A DNA stretch of 64,000 nt, from assembly GCF_006345805.1 (NCBI RefSeq), contig NC_043000.1, positions 85,870,001 to 85,934,000 of the forward strand. The letters run 5' to 3'. Below the pieces are notes generated by a model. The model was not told where the DNA came from, did no database searches, and saw nothing but the letters and a program-made list of their open reading frames with translations. Source of the stretch: Octopus sinensis. Taxonomy: Eukaryota. The position numbers and the translations under genes were made by a program. Each line of letters opens with the position of its first letter. Positions within the stretch are counted from its first letter, which is position 1. Shown piece after piece: positions 26,711 to 39,117 of the stretch.

Positions 26711-27572
26711 GGCGTAGGAGTGGCTGTGTGGTAAGTAGCTTGCTTATGAACCACATGGTTCCAGGTTCAGTCTCACTGTGTGGCACCTTGGGCAAGTGTC
26801 TTCTACTATAGCATTGGGTCAACCAAAGCCTTGTGAGTGGATTTGGTAAACGGAAATTGAAAGAAGACCGTCATATATATGTATGTATGTATATATCATC
26901 ATCATCATCATCATCGTTAAGCGTCCGTTTTCCATGCTAGCATGGGTTGGACGGGTCAACTGGGGTCTGTGAAGCTGGACGGCTTCGTCAGGCCCAGTCA
27001 GATCTGGCAGTGTTTCTACGGCTGGATGCCCTTCCTAACGCCAACCACTCCGCGAGTGTAGTGGGTGTTTTTTATATATATACCTCGCTAAGATAAATAT
27101 TTCAATTACCTGAAGATTGACTGTAACCATAACTCGAATTATTACGAATTGGACAGCCATGAAACGATCGTAGTGTTTTACTCATTATCTTTTATGAAAC
27201 TTTTAATACTTTTGATATATATTTAAAATAATATAAATTAATTAATTTTATGTATTGGCTTAAGTTTTTCATTGTTTGATTTGCCTAATAGTGGTTTTAT
27301 CTCTAATTTAATATAATATATATATATATATATATATATACATACATACATATATATATATGTGTGTGTGTCTGTGTTTGTTCCCCCAACATCGCTTGAT
27401 AATCGATGCTGGTGTGTTTACGTCCTCATAAATTAGCAGTTCGGCAAAAGAGACCGATAGAATAAGTACTAGGCTTACAAAGGATAATTCCTGGGGTCGA
27501 TTTGCTCGACTAAAGGCGGTGCACCAGCATGGCCACAGTCAAATGACTGAAACAAGTAAAAGAGTAAAAGAG
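26711..27572 (+). mobile_element. SINE family C split by nested insertions (RTE tail on minus strand 26895-27070; hammerhead-bearing segment ~27080-27310)
   Basis: Head at 26711-26880 and tail at 27360-27572 are contiguous halves of the family C sequence, separated at the internal microsatellite. Confidence 0.85.
27104..27178 (+). ncRNA. Minimal type-I hammerhead ribozyme-like motif (Penelope-like/retrozyme type)
   Basis: CTGAAGA (27110-27116), stem II tgactgt/acagcca, GAAA (27161-27164), palindromic ACGATCGT stem III, GUA triplet (27170-27172), stem I aattac/gtgttt. U-U at the base of stem II. Confidence 0.6.
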
Positions 27573-28276
27573 AGAACTTTCATCTAATTCTTCCAAATCT
27601 TTATGTTAAAACTATATTGAAACCATTTGTGGGGAAAAATTGTAACGTGTTTATTGCATGTAATGTGGTGTTCATCGCATTTACATTAAATACATATTGA
27701 AGGCTTAAAACTACTTGTTTACTCTTTCCTTTTTGTCATTGAGGTGGTTGTGAGGTGTGCTGAAAATAACAGCTAAATAATGTTTGTTGGATAAATCTTT
27801 TAAGTTCGTGCTATCACATTAAATGCATATAGAATGCTTCAAACTACAAAACATGTGTTGTTTACAAATATTGACAACACATGCTATTTTCAAGATGCTG
27901 ATGACAAAACGTGCAGTTACGCATGAAATGACAGCTTCCAAACCCTGTTTCCTGACTGGGTGAAATGATCAAGCTTTAAACCTCTATAACTTTTTGAAAA
28001 CATTTTTCTGAAAAAAGTGAAATAATTTTGAGAAATTCAGCTTGGAAAAGTACATTATTGTGCCAAATTAAAAAATTTTCGATAAACTTTAATTTTTGAA
28101 ATGCTGGCATCCAAACCAACTAGATCCGAAAATGCTTTTATATATTAATGTATTATGATAAAATATAATTCAAACAACTTATTTTTTATTTGCTGATGTT
28201 CTGTTTATTTAAAATGTAAACAATTTCCTGAGAAAGTTTGATGATAAACTTCTTGCAATTTACCACAAGAAGTTAG

Positions 28277-28490
28277 GTGGTGAACTGGGAGAATCGTTAG
28301 CACATGAGGCAAAATGCTTAGCGGCATTTCTTCCATCTTTACGTTCTGAGTTCAAATTCTGCTGGAGTTGACTTTGTCTTTCATCCTTTGTGGTCAATAA
28401 AATAAATACTAGTTGAGCATTGGGGTTGATGTAATCAGCTTACCCCCAACTCAAACTTGCCAGCCTTGTGGCAAAACTTGGAATTAATTT
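28277..28490 (+). mobile_element. tRNA-derived SINE, family B
   Basis: ggtggtgaactgggagaatcgttagc..gagttcaaattc..ctttgtctttcatcctttgtggtcaataaaataaatactag. Confidence 0.8.
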
Positions 28491-29197
28491 ATTAAAGGAA
28501 GTGGAAATGAAAAAATTATGGTTGACTTCCAACAGACGATAGTTGTTTTATGGCAACGGTTTAACACTAACAAGAAAAAGACCATGGTTATACATAGACC
28601 AAGTTTCTCAGAAAATTTGTGTATACATTTGAAAGTAAATATATTAATTATACAAAATAATTATGTAAAGCTTAATAAACAAAGTATTTCATATTTCTAA
28701 TGGTAATATCAAATATTTTAGAATTGAAAAAGTTTAAATTTCTCAATAAAAATAAAACTAGAAAAATTTTGTTCAGTATAAAACTTTTACTGACTTCTTA
28801 TTCCATTATTATTACTAAATGAATGGCTCCATATTGGTATTATCATTTAAAAAAAATATGAAGAAGTCTATTTTGAATTAGAAAATTAAATCAAATTAAT
28901 AAAATACCTAATTCTACCAAAATGGTGATAGTAAAATATGACAGATTGAATATGTCAGAGTACAGAAATATAGTAGTTGTTTTCATAGTTGAAAAATAAA
29001 CAAAAATAAAGGACACAAATATTTTAGTAAATTTATGCAGAGTTTGAGTTATTAAAGTTTCAATGATTATTGGAATGACAGCCTGAAAGTCAACTTATAT
29101 CTGTGCGTATGTATGTGTGTAAATGTACATATGTGTGTGTGTGCACATATGTGTATGTATGTATATATATATATATATGTATAAATACACATACACT

Positions 29198-29243
<46 letters not shown>

Positions 29244-29885
29244 AAGTGTAATTACAATAAACATCAAAATGGAAGACAGGTGAGGAACAAAGTTTGATAA
29301 ATAAGATATATATATATATATTATGATTACAGAGTAATACTTGCAAATATGATTTCTATCACTGAATTTTCAGTTGGTTTCAATTGGAAAGAAACACAAG
29401 ATTGTGGAGAATAGTTTCCAAAGTCATAGAAAAGTTTTTGCTAATTTCAAATTTTATGTTAGTAATACAATAATGCAAAGGAAAGTTGGTAATTTTACAT
29501 ATGTCTAAATAGAATTAACAATGAATTTTCGAATATTTGTTAGGGTGAGAAGAAAGAAAAGGAGGATGAAAAAGGAGATATACCTAAAGTTGTTATAGGT
29601 TCTCCAAGTTTGTGGAATAAGAATAATTAGATGAGGTTGGTGTTGTTAATATTTTAAAAGTAAATGGTTGTAGGTTGGAGGGAAAATATAGAGCTATTAA
29701 AGAAAATAAACTATAGGTAGTTATTATGGAGCAGGAAATTGTGATTCAGTGGTGTCAATGAGCAATAGAGAGGAATATACATTAAATGAGTTTAAATAAA
29801 AACAGAATATAGGAATTTGTAGGAGCAAAGGCAATTATGGAAGTTAAGAAATAGGGGAAGAATGAAGGGAGTGTCGTGGAATGTT

Positions 29886-30340
29886 AATGGATCTAAGAAA
29901 TGCAAGTTATGCATATGTGAAAGAGCATATATCCTTTTTACATCTAAGAATTCCACCACACTGCTGAATTCCAGATCAAAAATGTTTGGCAAATGTAAAC
30001 ATATGGACAAATTTCTTTTGGCAAATTGGAGGACACTACCCTTTCTGGATTGAACAGCTGTATTGCAGACTTTAGACCCCTCTCCATTGATCCAACACTA
30101 ACTAGTCTTATTATGGCTTTATGGTCAAAGGGGACATAATTCTAATTCTCCCTTTTTTTTCTTTTTCCTTTCTTTTCCTGTTTTTTTTTCTACCCTTCCA
30201 CTTTTTGAACCACCTTCCTCTCATTTTTTCTCATGAATTTTCTTGATTAATCATCTTGATTTGTACCTTGTATAGGCCATGTGCTCAGAGCCTGAAGATT
30301 ATTTGGAGACACTAGGCATATTATAAAAACCTGTTTAGAC
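29886..30340 (+). mobile_element. Penelope-like element 3' remnant (GIY-YIG C-terminal tail plus 3' region)
   Basis: GSKKCKLCICERAYIL..LLNSRSKMFGKCKHMDKFLLAN fits the C.LC..E..LLN.RSE..CRH tail of PLE proteins; pyrimidine-rich 3' region with a lone CTGAAGA near 30292. Confidence 0.55.
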
Positions 30341-30406
30341 TACGTTTCTAATGTATGAAAGTATTAGTAGTTCATAACTACATACTATGTACATTAAACT
30401 ATGTAT

Positions 30407-30437
<31 letters not shown>

Positions 30438-30472
30438 CATGTACATATATATACATATGTACATATATATAC

Positions 30473-30530
<58 letters not shown>

Positions 30531-30571
30531 CATACACACACACATATGTACATTATATATATATATATATA

Positions 30572-31456
30572 AAGTAAACAGAAAATGGACAAATATTGAT
30601 CAACAACAATTGACTTACATCAATTATTATTTTTTAATTCAATACAAATAGACTGTATCCCATCTAACAGCTGTTTCTGCTTCCAATGATATATGGTATT
30701 GCCATTAAAAATTCTAAAAATAAAGTCATCATATTTGGTAATACATCCGATCTGGAACAGGGAGCATCATCAGATTGAAGAAAAATACATACAAAGAAGA
30801 AAAGAGAAGAAAAGAAGAGCCTCGAAAGGAAAATGAAAGGCTTAATATATTTAAATCATACCATTTTGCTTATGTGTCACTTTGGAACGTTGAGTAAATG
30901 ACTAAACTTAAAATAGTAATTGGTGGGTTAATTTTTCTATGGGGGTAATAGGGTAGATAAGTAATAAAAAAGTAAAAATAAAAAATTTACAATAACAAGA
31001 TATGCCAATAGGTTAAGACAAAGAGGGAGTGAAAGTGCCATAATGCTTTGAAGTAATCATAATAGTTCTAAATAATTATGTTTATAGTACTAATTAATAA
31101 TTTATCATAATAAAGTGCCCAACAATTAATTTCAATTATTTACTTACTGATATATTGTAAAGTCCAACCACCTATTGCCTGTATTGGGATTGACCAAGGT
31201 CCAGTGTTTGATATAATTAGTCAGTTAAATTTAAAAACAATGGGCAAGCTATTAAGACCGTTATATGGGTTGGTATAAATAAATAGATAAAAAATAAAAG
31301 TATAGAAAAGTAGTATATGTTGTAAGTAGTCCAAAACCCCTTAGGACATTGCATATGAAAAAACATGTAAGCAAGTACAATGCGAAGGAATGAACATTGC
31401 CAGCAGTATCATTAAAACATGATGTTGATCAATATTTCTCCATTTTCTGTTAACTT
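30572..31456. mobile_element. Putative non-autonomous TIR element, TA-flanked
   Basis: ~35-bp inverted repeats aagtaaacagaaaatggacaaatattgatcaaca / tgttgatcaatatttctccattttctgttaactt (2-3 mismatches); TA on both sides. Confidence 0.45.
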
Positions 31457-31624
31457 TAAATTTGATTCCTGATAAAGCCATGTTTATCTTTGTCATTACC
31501 TTATAACCTATGAGCATAATATGCTTCCATATGTATGTCCAAGGTTAACATAGGTAATTATACCAGTAGTATAATGGATACTTTTATCCCTTCGATGGCT
31601 ATTGCAAATTCTAACTCTACTAAC

Positions 31625-31683
<59 letters not shown>

Positions 31684-31711
31684 TATATATGTATGTATAT
31701 ATATATGTATG

Positions 31712-31801
<90 letters not shown>

Positions 31802-31845
31802 TATACATACACACACTCATATGTACATCATATGTACATATATAC

Positions 31846-31896
<51 letters not shown>

Positions 31897-32452
31897 ATAT
31901 ATAATATATATATATGCGTATGTGATCTTTTTCTTGAAGAATGTTGATTATTGATGAAGTTGGCAAAGCAAGAAATAGATTTGATTGTTTGGTTGACCAC
32001 AAAGGAAACTTCAAAACAACGTTTCTCTAATAAATGATAATCAAATCAACAGTGTCCTTCTAAACTTCTCATTTCAATGATACTAAACAATCCATTCTTC
32101 ACATCAGGATCAATATGGCCCTAAAAAAAGAAAGTAGCAAATTAATATCAAATTTATAATCTCATTAAAAAGTTTAATAAATCAACTTAATAATTTATAG
32201 TTTCAATCATTATGTATGCTCCTACCATTAATCAGTTCTTTCAAGTTAATATTTAGCTGTCATACAGAATATGTTTGGGATAATTATTGTATGGTTTACC
32301 TTTATATTCAGGATAATGAGAGACAATTACATTTTCTTTACAGTGAAGGAACTAAAATATATAATGCTTATCAATTTAATAAGAAAAATATTAAATTTTG
32401 CCTCTTGAAGCCTTTCACTAAATTTTATTACATTAAAGAAGCCAATTAAATA

Positions 32453-32970
32453 CTACGTTGAGGAAAAAGTTTGTGTACCGTGTTAAAATAATGATTTTTT
32501 ATGCAAGAATTTATTCAAAAACAACAACATCTATTCTTCAAAATAAAGACCAACATTTTCCAAGACCTTATTTCAATGATAGCAAGCTTTTGGATTTGGT
32601 CAGAGTACCAATCCTTCGGCTTTGAATAAAAAAATTCTTGACAGGCTTCTTCATCTTCATGAAATGACTCAAATTGGCAACCTTTCATAAAGTGCTGCAT
32701 TGATTGGAAGAGACCATAGTCAGATGGAGAAATGTCTGGATTATAAGACTGGATGCAGCAGAACTTCCACACTGTCCAATTCGTCAATCTTGTTGCTGGC
32801 CTTTCTGCCGGTATGTGGCTTTGCATTGTCTTGTTGAAACAAAGTGCGCTTTTGACAAACACAGTGAGTCATCATTGAACATGACATGAACTGAATGAAC
32901 ACACACACCACAAAAATATATAAAAAAAGCATTATTTTAACACGGTGCACGAACTTTTTCTTCCACTTAA
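32453..32970 (-). mobile_element. Internally deleted mariner (DD34D) derivative
   Basis: ~41-bp TIRs (..aaaaagtt.gtg.accgtgttaaaataatg) with TA at 32451-32452 and 32971-32972; retains FQQDNAKPH and YNPDISPSDYGLF motifs only. Confidence 0.85.
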
Positions 32971-33426
32971 TATAAAGAGCTTTGCAAACCTGAATAGCAC
33001 TGATTAAATGTAAACGGTAAGTCTGCACAGTTTCTTGATAGCGTTTCTCTGAATCCTAGGAAGAAAGTGAAATAAATACATACATAAAGAAATTAAGAAA
33101 ATAAATAAGTTAGAGATATTATCATCAATTGGCAGTCTTTAGCCCTGTATTTTTAGTACTATTAACACAAAGCAAAATGTTTATAGCCCAAGGTTTAAAA
33201 ATGGTTTTACTGGGTAGGTAGAGATAAGATAATATGATAAAGTTTGAAATTCTTCTCCAGAAAGCAAAAGACCTTAAGGAAGAAAATAACTGAACAGGAA
33301 ATTTTCCAGCAGAAACAAGTATTTTTGATAGTTTGACATATTTAGGATTATCTAAAAATATTTCAGGGTGTGTATAGCAAGTTGTTCTCTATTTTTAGAT
33401 TGTTTATTGCTTTTGAACTAGAAAAG

Positions 33427-33463
<37 letters not shown>

Positions 33464-33509
33464 TTTCTTTCTTTCTTCCTTCCTTCCTTTCTTTCAGTTG
33501 AATTGAAAA

Positions 33510-34699
33510 TATTTATATGCATTTAAGAGTTGAAATAACTGTGAAGATATATATTATGGCTGACTAATCAATGTGTTGGACTAACAACTTTAAGCTGATA
33601 TTTATCCAGTTTTCCTTTTGCCAAGAATAAAGTTGAAAACTAGGTAACATTGCAATATCAGAATTGAATAGACAACATTAGCAAGACCATCACAGTAACC
33701 AAACAGATATTCTATGAACAAATGCAAATGTTTGAACTCATGGACGGCAGAAATAGAAGTTTTGAATTAGATGCTTTGCAATATGTAATTATATCCTTTT
33801 ACAGAAGCAACATTATCATTTTAATGTCCACTTTTACCATGCTTACATGGGGCAGACAAAGCTTGTTGTGGCAGACTCTCTGCAACCAGATGCCCTCCTT
33901 ATTGCCAACCATCATCTATTTTCAAGAAAGGCAAGATTTCCATAGAAGATAGTGACACTCATAGCATTCATCTGATGTTGAAAGAAATCTCAAACATGCA
34001 TGAATGCATGAATGCATGCGTGCATGCACAGAGGTTTCTTTCAGTTTTCAGTTGCTATCTACCAAATCTGCTTTGGTTAGTTCAATGCTTAGTAGAAGAC
34101 ATTTTCTCAAGGTGTTATGCAATGGTTGGGAACTGAACTGCTTAACCATGCAGTCATGCCTACTCCTCATTCTGAATCCAAACCTTCTAAAATAAACTTC
34201 ATCTTCCTTAATTCATGGGACAATGAAAAGACTATGAGTAATAGGAATATACTGGAACCAATTCCTTTTACCATATTTATTCACTCAAAAATGTTTTATG
34301 CTAAAGTTAGAAACTAATCTTTTTTTACATGGTTATGAGGAAGTAACATAAATGAGTGTTGGACAGAATACTATATCTTTTCTCCTTTGTCTCAGTCATG
34401 GTACTGTGGTCATGCTGGGGCATTGTTTCAAAGGGTTAGTCAAACAAATCGATCCCAGTACTTATTTTTAAAGTCTGGAACTTTTTCTATCGGTCTCTTT
34501 TGCTGAACTGCTAATGTGATGGTCTTGCTAATGTAGTCTATTCAATTCTGATATTGCAATGTTACCTAGTTTTCAACTTTATTCTTGGCAAAAGGAAAAC
34601 TGGATAAATATCAGCTTAAAGTTGTTAGTCCAACACATTGATTAGTCAGCCATAATATATATCTTCACAGTTATTTCAACTCTTAAATGCATATAAATA
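33510..34699. repeat. 185-bp inverted duplication (33510-33694 vs 34515-34699), 820-bp spacer
   Basis: Base-by-base comparison shows 184/185 identity; the right copy interrupts a SINE C. Confidence 0.95.
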
Positions 34700-34918
34700 G
34701 ACAAACCAACAACATTTGTCAAGCAATGGTGGGGATAAACCCCGCCCCCACACACAATTGGCTTCTTTCAGTTTCCATCTACCAAATCAACTCACAAAGT
34801 TTTGGTTGACCTGAGGTTACAGTAGAAGACATTTGCCCAAGATGCCATGCAGTGGGACTGAACTTGAAACCATGTGGTTAGGAAGCAAACTTCTTTACCA
34901 CACAGCCATGCCTGCACT
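34375..34918 (-). mobile_element. SINE family C (reverse), interrupted by the 185-bp inverted copy
   Basis: SINE sequence stops at ..gctgaactgctaa and resumes at gacaaaccaacaac..gtcaagcaatggtgggg. Confidence 0.8.
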
Positions 34919-35264
34919 ATTAGGGAGTTTATTGTTTTGGTTATCTCTATTCTGATTTCTAATATTATCAGGGTTTAACTTACAAAGGTTTGATTTTAGA
35001 GAGTCGCATATTTCCTTGCAAAAAATTGGCATTTTGTCAAGGGTGATGAGTTGGGTAGTGGTGATAGAACCAGTATTTATGAACATGAAAGAAAGCAAAA
35101 ATGTTCAAAGTAAAGATATTATTTAAATTTAAACCCATTATACTACATTCTTAATAATGATAAATTTTTGTGATAAGCGCTTTGGCAGTAAAAAAACAAA
35201 AATTAATGAAAATATATTTCAATGAAAAAATATATTTAATCTTAGCCATAAATGAATTAGAAAA

Positions 35265-35637
<373 letters not shown>

Positions 35638-37945
35638 TGGAGAGATGCCAAAATAAAAAAATCACTGCTGTTGCTGCTACTCACTGCTACCAATCCATAA
35701 ACACAACAATCTTTTCCTCCCATGCAGTTGTTGGAATTCTTCTCCAAGTAACTTGAGGTTTGGGTTTTTGGTTTACTTATATCACTAATGAAATTAGGAA
35801 GGGCTGAACAACACAACTTCTCATTTCTCATTTTCTAAACATACGAGGCTTTTGGTGTTTTGCTTTTACTGGTTAAACTTTATTTCTCTAATTAATAATG
35901 GTGCCAAGAAATAAATTCTTAGGTTTAAGCTGTATGGTTAATACATTTGCTTTCCAACCACATGATTTTAGGTTCAGTTCCACTGCATGTCACCTTGGGA
36001 AGATGTCTTCTATTATAAGTCCTGAGATGACCAAAGCCATGTGAGTGATATTAAATCAAAGTATACAGTACTATAGATCCATTTCAGCTGATGATCACAG
36101 CAATCAGTTTCACATTGGGTATTAGATAACCAGGTATTAGATGACAGATGAGTTAACTAACTCCACATGCTCTTCAGAGATGGAAGGTATGGAACGACTG
36201 TTCTGTGTTATTGAAGGTAAAAAATGTCATATCTGGTTTGTGGGTACTGCAAAGAAAGATGAAACGTCATGGGAGACAATTGAGCAAGGGATTTATTAAG
36301 AGTTATGTCTCTTGAACCCCCAAAACACTTGAGTTGGTTGTAAAATCAAGGGTATTCAGGAAATTAAGGCAAATATCTTAGTCAGCAGTCCATGCAAAAT
36401 CTCAGCTAACAGGATGTATAGAGATGAAATAACATCCAGTAAATGCACCAATTATAAGAATACTACAGCCATTGCTGAGTACAAAATTAAATGATAAGAA
36501 GAATAAAATTGGCATTACTATATTTATTAATTAGTAATGATTGTTTCAATAATTGGTGGAGTTATTACATCAATCAACATGCTGGATTATCTTTATCTTT
36601 TGCTTGTTTCACTCATTAGACTGCAGCTATGCTGGGGCACTGCCTTGAAGAATTTTTAGTTGAATGAATTGACTCCAGTAATTATTCTATTGTTAAGCCT
36701 GGTACTTATTCTATTGGTCACTTATGCTGAACCGCTAAGTCATAGGGATGTAAAAACACAAACACCAATTGTTAAGCAGTGGTGGGGAACAAACACAGAT
36801 ACACTCACACACACACACAACGAGCTTCTTTCAGTTTCCATCTACCAAATCCACTCACAAGTTTTTGATTGGCCCAAGACTACAGTAGGAGACACTTGTC
36901 CAAGGTATCCGAGTGGAATTTGAACTCAGTATGAAAAGATGGATAGAATGCTGCTAAGCATTTTGCCCAGCATGCTAACAATTCTGCAAGCTTGCCACCT
37001 TAACACCATGTAACATTAAATGAAAATGCACTGATGGTTTCTTTGAGACAAGTAACAGAAATTGCAGTGTACATAGCCACCAGATATAAATACAATGAAA
37101 ATCAGAGTAATAAATAACTTTAAGTTGAAGTATTGCCAGAGAAACACATAAGGGGAGGAACCACTGAGACAATGTGTCTAGTTTCTCCTCTATATATGAT
37201 CTCTTACAAACACCTGGGTCACTCATGTTGACAGGTCAAGAAATTGTCTGAATTTATGGTGTACATATATGCCAAAAGAGAAATAAGATGTTCAGATAAA
37301 AGCAGTGGTAATTACTACTATATTCTCAGAATTGCCACAAATAAGTATGAGGGAAGAGGGAGAGAAAAATCTGTAGGAAAGGAAAAAGTAAAAAAAAAAG
37401 CAGCAAAAAAAGAACAATGTAGAAATAGAACCTAAAAAGATAAGAATAAGGACATATATATACATCTGTTTCGTAAACACTGAACCTTACAAAGGAGATG
37501 ACAGAAGACTGAAATATGTGGTGTATTACTGTACTTGAGAAGACCTGCCTACCACAATGGAACTGAGATCCTAAAACCAAGGTGCCACATAAAAAGCATT
37601 GATGTGGGTGCTGATGTCATGTAAAAACTACTGGTGCTGGTGCTATGTAAAAAGAACTGGTAAATGGCACAAGAATGCTTTTAACTCATTGATTGTCATA
37701 ACAGCCTCCTCTAAGAATGGAAAGTGAGCATGATTAGAGGTCTTATTCTTTCTGAGAAGCAAGGATCCCAGTTGGAATAACAAGTAAACAGACTCATAAT
37801 ATGAGACAGGGGCTGTTTATTAATTGCTACTGGTATATAAGCAGAAATAAATGTGAGAGTGTTAAGATCTAATTCACTGGGTCATCTATCTAAATAAGTG
37901 AACATGCCTTTCATCTTGTTGTCATGAATAAGACTCTTTATAATT

Positions 37946-38220
37946 TCACTTGTTAAGGTCATCTCTATAGATTTTCTATAGAAATTATAGCCAGCACTAA
38001 TTTTGTTACAACATTTTGTATGTCAGTATGCCTAATGCAAACAACATTGAGATTGAAGATGAAAAATGGGTAATGTATACTACAAAGTCTATTACCCATT
38101 TTTCATCTTCGATCTCAATGTTGTTTACATTAGGTGTACTCAGATATGAAATGTCGTAACAAAATCATCAGTGTTGGCTATAATGTCTATAGAAAATCTG
38201 TAGATAACCTTAACAAGTGA
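37946..38220. repeat. Foldback/hairpin element, ~130-bp arms, 16-nt loop
   Basis: Left arm 37946-38074 pairs with right arm 38091-38220 (inner gagattgaagatgaaaaatgggtaat / attacccatttttcatcttcgatctc). Confidence 0.9.
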
Positions 38221-38751
38221 TGTAATAGCACTGCTAACACAGTAGAACACAGTGTTCACTTATGAAAGCATTTAATATACTTTGTAGAATATCATGGTTG
38301 CATAATGAAATACAGTGTCCCAACAGGTCATTAATCTTTATAATTTGTTCCAAATCTTTAAAAACCATTTGTAAGACTGGAACTAAAACGTTCAATTTCA
38401 AACAATTGACTATATATCTAAAAAGACAGAAATATTTCATCATTGAAATAGAATGCAATGCAGCAGATTAGCATTGAGTTGTTAATAGTTTTAGACTAAC
38501 ACTAATCTCTTTTTGCTGTTATTGTTAATGATATGTATTAGTGTATTATGCTGATCACTTGTCTTGACAATATCTTTTCTGAGAATTCTACTCATTTCCA
38601 ATAAATAAACTTAGATTAAGGGAACTTGTAATGCAGATTTAAAATTGATTTGAGAAGATTTTTGATGGATTAATTTTTAGTTCAGCCAGAGAGCAAATCT
38701 CTAAGTTTGGTTGGTAGTGGGGCACTAACTCATATATTAACAAACAAATAT

Positions 38752-39117
38752 TTTTACTCTTTACTTGTTTCAGTCATTTTGACTGCGGCCATGCTGGAGC
38801 CCCACCTTTAGTTGAGCAAATTGATCCCAGGACTTATTCTTTGTAAGCCTAGTACTTATTCTATCGGTCTCTTTTGCCAAACCGCTAAGTTACGGGGACG
38901 TAAACACACCAGCAATGTTGGGGGGACAAACACAGACACACAAACACATATATACATATATGATGGGCTTCTTTCAGTTTCTGTCTACCAAATCCACTCA
39001 CAAGGCTTTGGTTGGCCCGAGGCTATAGTAGAAGACACTTGCCCAAGGTGCTACACAGTGGGATTGAACCCGGAACCATGTGGTGGTAAGCAAGCTACTT
39101 ACCACACAGCCACTCCT
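38752..39117 (-). mobile_element. SINE family C, near full length (reverse)
   Basis: Colinear with 13035-13478. Confidence 0.9.

Noticed and set aside
34986-35016. 31-nt minus-strand micro-exon candidate (EICDSLKSNL, |gtaagt)
   Set aside because: AAG acceptor and too short to support without RNA data.
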